Below, piece by piece: positions 54,945-64,000 of a DNA stretch of 64,000 nt. Source of the stretch: Kudoa neothunni. Lineage: Eukaryota > Animalia > Cnidaria. A program made the position numbers and the translations under genes. The stretch covers positions 6,614,127 to 6,678,126 of the forward strand of contig OZ199839.1 in NCBI GenBank assembly GCA_964304625.1. The letters are read 5' to 3'. The notes below the pieces were generated by a model, which was given only the letters and a program-made list of their open reading frames with translations, searched no databases and was not told where the DNA came from. Numbering within the stretch: position 1 is the stretch's first letter; every line of letters begins with the position of its first letter.

Positions 54945-55356
54945 GGGCACTGCAGCATCATATTAAGGCGACTTACATATATGCGGTAGTGTGGGATTTT
55001 AACCCATCAAACATCCTCGTTTCGGAGCAAACCACCATCCCAACCATAACCTAGGACTAACCCAGAATTAGTCTGGAAAAATCGTCTGAATGCGGGCGTC
55101 GGCCCTACGGAAACCCCCACTGGGCTGTATTTCGTTCTTGTACCCCGGCGTTTATGAGCTCCTGAGGTCTACACTTCCGCCAGGCACCCCTCCAGCTACA
55201 AGCAAGGCCACGATAAATCGTTGATCCTTACAACTACTGCAGCCTTCCTACTTAATTTTGGATTAAAAGTACAGGAACTCCCGGACTAGACATCGAACTC
55301 GCAACCTCATGGTATGCAATCTCGACCCAACACCATTATGTCATATTGTCCATGCT
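54945..55356 (-). mobile_element. tRNA-derived SINE-like element (copy 2), inside a small TIR element (~54803-55385)
   Basis: The minus strand has TGACATAATGG (A box) and GAGTTCGATGTC (B box). It is homologous to 50048-50460. Confidence 0.6.
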
Positions 55357-55398
55357 TTCTTTCCGGACAGCGAGGTTCGGGTTGATCGAACATAAACA

Positions 55399-55897
55399 AG
55401 GCAATGGCTATTGCTACGAATCCGTATAATCCGCATGTGGGGGGGTGTCGATTGCTACGGGAGGGATTAACTCTTAATCTAAAAACCCGTTTAAAATTTG
55501 AGATTCAAATTTGTAATTAATAGTTTTTGGCCCAACATAATCAACAATTTTAAAGAAAAACACGGCTAAAGTTCCCAACATCCCCAATACTCGGGATTTT
55601 CGTTATCGAGGTCGTACGAGTTCCAGAAAACCACGACTGCTTCGCGCTGTTTATTCAGCTAATAATTTAGATGAACTAAACTTTGAAAAAATAACATATT
55701 TCAAAGATAGGAAGGATGAACTGTTGAAATTTTTAATTGGAATTGGACTTTTGCCTAGGGTGAGTGTATGCATTTTTGGATGTAGAATGGTTATGGCGAT
55801 TCGACCACGATATCCAGATAGATATAGTTTCAAATGTCATAATCGTTGTTGCCTACATGAACTATCCACCAGATATAATAGTTTCTTTTACCACTAA
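55399..55897 (+). mobile_element. Merlin-like element 5' fragment
   Basis: The terminus GGCAATGGCTATTGCTAC has an inverted copy at ~48860-48932. One frame reads LLKFLIGIGLLP..C..GC..FKCHNRCC..STRYNSFF. Confidence 0.55.
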
Positions 55898-57498
55898 GGC
55901 GAAAGTTGAACGATAATGACTTATGCGCAGATTAAAATAGGGTTTTTATTAAGGAATACATTATTTTATATGAAGATAAACCGCATATTTTCAATAACAA
56001 AAATGACTATTCTAACTTCCAAGAATAAGTTTTAGATATAGCCTCTAAATAGTGTAGTAGCCGTAATATTTTGTATAATTCTGGCATATCGTTTTGAATT
56101 TTTTCTAAATAAAGAATGTTTTTATTTGAAGATTCAGGGTTATATATCGGATATTCAATATCTTGTTCAACGTGACTTGGAGTTTATTTTAAGTTTCTCA
56201 GAAAAATTGGCAGACCTCAGTGACTTTGATCGAATCGGGAATAAAAAGGACGATGGAAAAGTTCTGCAGAGATTATTGTAAGATCAATATTATTGGTGGT
56301 TCTCTCAAAATTGTTCCATGTGTCGTGTCTATATTTGGATGTTTTTATAAAAAAATTTTTCTAAATATTCTATAAATGAAGCAATGTTAATATCAGCGAA
56401 CGAATTTGACGTATTTTTCAATTTAAGAAATTCATCAGAATACTGGAAATAGGTGTAAACGATAACGAAATAAAACACTTTATATACAACTTAAAATCAC
56501 TGTTATGTAGATAAAATGCCGCGAGATCTAGATTTTGTATTTTTCGCCAAATACATTGGCTATAATGAAACATGCAAAAATTTATAATAATATTTTGTGA
56601 AACATTCTTGAAAGCGTTAAAAGCTGACAGTTCTAGATCAATTATTAAATCCTGGGAAACATACGGATAATTTATGGTGCAAAATATTGAAAAAATTTTC
56701 GTAAAATGATTGAGTTTTCCAAGTCATTAAGACAAATACTGAAGGAAAGAATTTTCTCATTATTCCACCATGGATGATATACAACTGATAGAAAGATTCA
56801 GGAACAACATTAAACTTACCATCTGTCAACCATACATTTGTATTATTCAGATGTTGAATATTCTTATCGGTCGTAAAAATTATGATTCTATCGTCTGCTA
56901 GAGATCCAGAATAATGAAAGCATAAAAGTTTCGTTTCTTAAGCTAAATAAGTTAGCATTTGCCAAATTGCTGTCGATATTGACATCTATTTTCTTTCTTC
57001 TACGAATATTCTGAATATTTTTGTAAATGTTTCTTTTATTAAATATCGATAACTTATTCAGACTAGTCTGAGTCGTACCGATGACATATACCTTACTTGT
57101 GGCGTATCGTGTATTCTTGGAAACATTGCGAATTTTTTCTTCAAAAATAATTTTGTTTATGTCATCTTCTATAATGACTTGGTTATGGATTCCATGTTCT
57201 TCAAGTCTATCAATCTCGTCAGCCGGAAAAGTCCACACGCGTCCTTCACAACCTCTTTTTTCGCATCTCCATAATTGATGGTCTTTACATTTTTTATCCT
57301 GACATAAAAATATTGTCAGAAAAATATTTTATCGTCTCTGCGTCTTATTTTGAGCATGGTGAATGAGTTTTCATTTCGTTCCATTTTGAGGGTTAAGCAG
57401 GCGCAATCACATGTGAGCTAAATGCGAATAAAATAATACTTATCGCGCCATCGCCGAAATCGGCAAATGTTCATTGTCGGCGAAAATTCGCCATATCC
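55898..57498 (-). mobile_element. MULE transposon remnant (related to 44194-45771)
   Basis: Motifs TDGKFNVVPESFYQLYIIHG and CMFHYSQCIWRKIQ. It ends GGCGAAAATTCGCCATATCC. Confidence 0.85.
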
Positions 57499-58159
57499 AG
57501 CCTCGATTTACGTGTGTTTATATTCTTTAGAATAGATTCTGACTATATTGGAGAAAGGAATTAAAAACAGACTTATAAAAAATCATATTATTATCAGGTG
57601 CGGGAAAATCAGACGTTGGACTGGAGTCGGATTCCATATCGTATAATCAATATGACGATATTGTATTCGAATTCATTTCTAATGATGAGGAGGAAGGTGA
57701 CTACCGTTTAAATTAGAAAGTGAACGCAAAAAATTTAGTAAACAATGATATTGAAACAACTGATATTTTTGAACCTTTCACTTATTTCAACCGATTCTTC
57801 AATGATAGAATATTTGAACAAATTTGCATTAAATGTAATGTCCATGTGTGACTCAATGAAAATAGAAACTGCTTTTTAGACTATCGAAATTGTAATGAAT
57901 AATTTAATATTTAATTTCTGATAGTGGAAGGGTAACTTTTTGGTTAAAAAAAAACATATAAACGAGCATATGTTCACTCCCGCACATTGAAATAATCGCC
58001 GTCCAAATGTTACCATTTAACACCATGTGTTTCTTTTTAATTTTTGAAATGATTGTTTCAATTTTTGGATGTTTTATATAAAGTTATTTAAAATTAAACA
58101 TAATGAGCAAAAAAAAATTTTCTGGCGCTGATTTAAATTCGGGGTTCAAAGAGTTAATC

Positions 58160-61078
58160 AATGTCTTTACGAAGGACCAGTAAAAATAGAAGACCTATGT
58201 GCATTGTTGATTCGTTTTAGAATTGGAAAGATTGCGCTAATAACAGATATAGAAAAAGCTTACCATCGAATTGCATTGAGGGAAGAAGACAGAGATTATA
58301 CACGCTTTCTTCGGTAAAAGAATCCAAATTGTCCACCCACCAATGACAATATCGACATACTTCGATTTTCCCGCGTTCGATTTGGACTAATTTCAGCTCC
58401 ATTTTTGTTACAAGAAACATTATTACATCACTTTACTAATCAAAAGGACTTGGAAATATCAAATCTATACCGGTCCATTTATGTCGATGATTTGGTACAT
58501 AATTGTCACAGCTTGGATGAAACACTGAAAATATACCAACAAACTAAATCTACACTCAACGAAGTTTCTTTTAACATATGCAAATGGAGTACCAATTCCA
58601 ATACATTGAAAAAGTTTTTACGAGACAAGATGCTGATTTTTCTCATGACGTCAAAGTTCTTGGCATTGTGTGGAACATTGTCAGTGATACGCTCCTAATT
58701 AAAAAGTGGAAGACAACGCAAAGCGATAAAAGGATAACAAAACGAATTGTCGACTCCAATATATTTTGTGTATTCGATCCCCTGGGTTCCTTCTTTCCAA
58801 TCACTTTGGAGGTTAAATTGCTGCTAAGAGAAATTTGATGTTTTAAATGCGATTGGGATGATGTGCTACTAAGATACATTAGCAAAAAATGTTTCGATAT
58901 CGCGAAAGATTTAAAACAGATGTCAACATGGAGCATAAACAGAACATTCAACAAAGTCAGTTTCCATAAAGAACGTTTCACTTGCATGTTATTTTGCTTC
59001 ACTGATGCTTCTCAGCTGGCATATGCTTGTGTCATCTACTTGGTCGTATAAACAGAGTACGAATGAGCCTATGCTCGTTTATTCAAAGAGTGGAGTCGCT
59101 CCGATAAAACACATGACGATTCCGAAATTAGAACTAATGGGAGCCCTGCTTGGAGCAAGTGCTACAAAATCTGTTGAAAAATCTATGGAAATTAACATAT
59201 CGGAGTAACACATATTTTGTGACTCTAAGCGTGTTTTACAGTGGATTAAATCTGAAAAACCACTACCGACAGTTGTCATAGGTAGAATTGTTGAAGTGCA
59301 AAACTTTGATAATGTTACGTGGAATTTTATTCGATCCGAAATAAATCCTGTTGATAAAACAACTCGAGGAATAAATCTATCCGATAAAACCAGTATGGAA
59401 TTATGGTTCTCTGGCCTTGAATTTATTTTACATGAACGAAATAAATGGCCAACTCATTCGATATACAATACACAAATTGTCATACCTAATAACAGGGTTA
59501 TCCTAACCCAACAAAGTCGCACAGTTGAAGAAACTCAAAACAAAGAAATTTTCAGTTTTGGTTTAGACCCAACTCGATTACCCAAATTTTACACATTAGG
59601 GAGATCAATGGCCTGGATTATACGTTTCATTTCCCATTGTATGAGGAGATATAAACAGTCAACAAAATAATCTAGTTTAGAAATTGACGCTGCCAAAAAA
59701 CTAATTATTAAGGAAGTGCAAGAATGACATTTATCAGAAAAATTTAATGCGCTAAGAATGAAAAAGTACGATAAACAAAGGGTTCAGTTTGGGATATGCA
59801 TAGATGAAAATGGATATTTACGGTTTGACTGTCGTTTAAACAACATGGAATCTTCATAAAATTCTAAACACCCGTATTTACTGCCCAAATCAAGTTGTGA
59901 TACTCGCCTAATTATTTTGGATGTGCCCGAAATTGGCGGTCATTGTGGTACCAATTCGACATTAAGCCGGCTTATGAAAAATTACTGGACACCACACATA
60001 CGTTCCGTAGTTCGTTCAAATATCCAGCGTCGTTACCACTGAAAAAAATTCAATCATCCACCTTACCAATTACCTCAATTTCCAAACTTCCCCGATTTCA
60101 GAGTCAATAAATACACGCCATTCTCACACATTCGAGTAGACTACGCCGGTCCATTCAAAATATTCAACGAAGAAGCTGAAAATAAAGTGTGGATATGTCT
60201 CTTTACGTGCGGTACAATCCGTGCAGTACATCTGGAACTCATAGAATCACTATCTGGTGTAGAGTTTCTTAAATGCTTCAAAAGATTTACGAGTCGAATA
60301 GGATGTCCCACATTGATAAAATCTCACAATGCCAAATTTCAGATCTTTTTCAAAGTCAATATTAAATCTATCGAGAAACAGCGAGCTACAACCATCAATT
60401 CTTCATTCGTATTGTGAGAAAAGAAATATTTCATGGAAATTTATCACTGAGTTTGCACCTTGGATGGGAGGTTTTTACGAAAGAATGATTCAGTTGGTGC
60501 AAAGGTTCGTTCAAAAAACTCTTGGTTCAAGAAAATATTCATTTAATCGATTCAACACATTTCTCACTGAAATAAAATTCATGATCAACTCTAGACCATT
60601 AACCTATATAACAAGCGAAGAAATCACAAAGATTATTTTCCCAAATGATTTCTTATGTTTAAACAAACAATACGCTTCTTGCAATGAAGTTGAAGAGTCC
60701 AACATCGACGTTAATTATGAAGTGAATGGGATGAACCCCAGTAAAACTAATATTGAATTATGGAGAATGGGAAAGCGAATTCTTGAAAACTGTTGGAAAC
60801 TCTGGGAAAATCAATGTCTTGAATCTCCGACAACGTTATCAAATGGATTATCCTCAAGCCAAATTAAAAAGAAACTCAATACCTTAAAATGACGATGTTA
60901 TTCATGTGATGGAACCTACCAAGCTAAACAGTTGGATGTTCGGAAAAATTGTCGAAATATACGAAAATTCTGAAAGTAATGTGACATCCTCGAAAGTAAA
61001 GCTTGCAGACGGAAAATGTGTGAGAAGATCCATAAAACATCTTAGTTTTTTTGAACTTCTCCCTCGGGAGCGTTGTTG
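58160..61078 (+). mobile_element. BEL/Pao LTR retrotransposon pol remnant (RT, RNase H/peptidase A17 region, integrase)
   Basis: Motifs IYVDDL, FDPLG, FTDASQLAYA, TIPKLELMGA, NPVDKTTRG, DYAGP, RAVHLE and APWMGGFYERMI, with many stops and frameshifts. Confidence 0.9.
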
Positions 61079-63267
61079 ACTGCTAGTCAACAAGATTTGA
61101 ACGAAAATATTCGTTACTCATTTTCGTGGTTTAAAAATATGTGTTTGTGTGCTAGCGCAAATTCAATTCAATACAAAGTTACGATAATGTGTAAGTATTT
61201 TGATCATTTCGTTACCTGAATGTACAAATTAAAATTTTCTGTTATATTTTAATAGAACTCATATTTTTAGGGGAATACATGTGATCTCAAATCAAATGAT
61301 ATAAGGTTCTCTAAGATCAATTCAAACATCCATTGGTGTCCAATGGTTCCCAAAGGCGCTCTGAAGCTTAATAAAGCATTCTTTTTCCAGATTACTTACT
61401 TTTAAGCCCTACGCGAACTACAAAATTATCGGATATAGATGAAAATATAGAGGATGAAATTTTTTAAATGATAATCGATTCGGAGATTGTGAAAGGTTAA
61501 ATAAATGGTGTTAATGAAAATAAGGACATTGTGCAATCAACTAAAAAAGATATCGAATAGGAAGAGCTAAAAATAACACCTATAAAGTTTCATCAATAGA
61601 AGAAATTGATTACGTGCGAAATTATAAAAGCATATCAAAGTTGATAATAATAGAATATACAATTTATTGTTTGAAATAGAAGATATTTACGAAATATCAT
61701 TGAAGAATTTACGACAATTATAAACAACAGAATTTTTTCCATGTTTTAAAAAACCATATTAGGAATTTATTATTCTTGTGTGTATATAAATATAATTTTA
61801 AAAAATTTTACCCAATTTTATTATGTGATTTTTAAAACCGTGAAATATTTTTAATAAATAACAAAAATCATTTTTTTTCGTCTAGCGCACGCACTTACTT
61901 GGTACGTAAAATTGGTTACCGACTGTATATTCTTTATTATGTTACATTTTAAGTTTTATTCTCGAATTGATATCCGACCTCTGATATGAATTTTAGCAAA
62001 ATTGTCTTTAAAAATGTTGGTGCAACGAAAATCTGAGCATTCATTTATTTAAATGTATAAATGAATGTCAATTTCAATATAATAATAAGTAATATTTATT
62101 CAGATAGGTGAAGAAGGCATCCGTGTTGGATTTTCTGAATTTTTATGAACCCATTGCTTCAATGTTTAAATTTAAATCTAACTTAATATAAAATAAGGAA
62201 TTAGCTGGGGTTTTCGCACAACGTGGTATATGATGCAGGCTTCTCGACTTTAGTGTACAAAAATAAAAAGTATCGGAATTCCCTGTAACTCCAAACGATT
62301 TTAAAGTATTATTTACCGATAAATGTCCATACTTTGAATTACTTATCAAAAACTGGCATGAGCGAGAAATCTGCCAGATCAATTAAATACCAAATTGCAA
62401 TTTTAAAATGGTGATTTTTTGTGAACTATATGGATTGGTTATATTTACTTGGCTTATTTAAATTTCTCCTTTAAGTACAAAAATTAAACAGGCGACTATA
62501 CTTTTTATTAGTACAATCTAGTATCACTTTAATATAAATTTGTTTTTCAAATATTTTGAAATAATTATAACAATATTTATTTATTATAACTGTTTATTAT
62601 TTTACGTAAATATGGTGTGTCCAAGTAGGGATAAATAATAGCTTCAATCGTTGAGTGTTAGGTCTTGGGACAGGGAAAGATATTTTTTCTTTTTTAATAA
62701 TGCGTAGAAAATTCAATTAAAATAATTCGGAAAATTAAAAATTTTAAATATCATATCAAATAATAAAAAGCATAATTGAAAGCAGTTTTTATTGGTATTA
62801 GTATTTTTGCGTGTAAATAAAAGGTAAAATTAAGCCCTAACTTTCACCTGGAGGAGGGGATGCGAAGTAATCGGGGAAATTAGCCTGGGGATACGAATGT
62901 AAAATTTGTAAGGAAACACTGTTATATACCCTTCATAAAATTTGTTAATTCATTAAAACAACATATAAATTTATCATGTATATATATATGGAAATACTTT
63001 AAGAAATAAAATAAAATTTAATAAATACAAGCCAAATTTCATTTCAAATACTACTTTATTGAAATTTTTAATTTATATTCGTAATAAATAAAATATGATG
63101 TCATAATACAAGTCCTAATTAACAATACGCGTTAATAACCATTCATACGTGTCAGTAAATCAATCAGATTAATGAACTATGAATTAATTGACTACTGCTA
63201 ATGTAAGTGCGAAAACAATTCTTACTTAATATCATTTATAAACGACTTTTTTACATTACTGTGAACT

Positions 63268-64000
63268 ATGTTGGTGCTTTCACTATTTTCTTTTTTCTTA
63301 GCAATTGTTACTGCGGGTGATTGATTTAATTCTTTATTTATATTGTTTTATTTTTTAAAAAGAGAGAGCTTTACCTTCCTATGAAAAAGATGCTGGTCAG
63401 CCACCAGTTTGGTTGACGGATAAAAGCCAACAAGAACAGGCTGCTGTCGAGAGATGGTATATTGACAAAGAGGATGCCACTTGCAAACCTTTTACTTATC
63501 TTGGATCCCTCGGAAACTTCAACAACTTTGTCTCTAGAGCTGCGTGCAACGAGCATCGTACATCTCGTTAAATTTACTTAGGCGTTTAATACTGAAATAG
63601 TAAAATTCAAACCTGAAGAACAAGCTGATGCATGTAAGTTACCGAAAACAGATGGAGGTTGTAGCTTAACAGGTGATAAAATGTTAACAAGATGGTACTT
63701 CAACAGAGATACCGCTAATGGCAATATAAACACTTGTCTCAGCTTCAAATACAATGGATGTGGTGGAAACGCGAACAACTTCGAATCAGAAAAGGAATGT
63801 AAACAAGCTTGCCAAAGTAATTCTCTCCTTAGTTTATAGAATATCTAAAATTAAATACTATACATATATTATGCTTAATTTGTATTTATGCTAACAGATA
63901 ACAAAAACGGTGGAATGGATTCTGGAGCTGCAGAAAATACTATGACCGCTACTCCAAATGAATTTGATTGTAAATTTGTACCCGAAGTCAAATCTGCCAC
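63268..64000 (+). CDS. Secreted Kunitz-like protein, paralog E (truncated by window end in exon 4)
   Basis: Leader MLVLSLFSFFLAIVTA. Domains 1, 2 and the start of 3 are in frame after splicing. Confidence 0.9.

Overview
AT-rich eukaryotic (animal) genomic DNA with very short GT-AG introns (mostly 40-60 nt). The compact genes and secreted-effector content suggest a parasitic invertebrate, but I cannot assign the taxon. The first ~6 kb holds a glycerol-3-phosphate dehydrogenase gene and a convergent unannotated multi-exon secreted-protein gene with saposin-like Cys motifs. The rest is a transposon-dense region (Tc1/IS630, pogo, piggyBac, hAT, MULE, Merlin, Helitron, BEL/Pao, SINE). Embedded in it are six genes for secreted five-domain Kunitz-like proteins (five close paralogs with mosaic sequence relationships and one divergent paralog with a Ser/Thr/acidic tail) and one membrane-anchored protein of Cys-containing FN3-like repeats with micro-exons. 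Almost every host gene carries one or more single-base indels, mostly at short homopolymers, and I saw no nonsense substitutions in GPDH or the Kunitz genes. This points to long-read assembly error rather than pseudogenisation. Gene models were spliced by hand, and TE boundaries are approximate unless termini are quoted.
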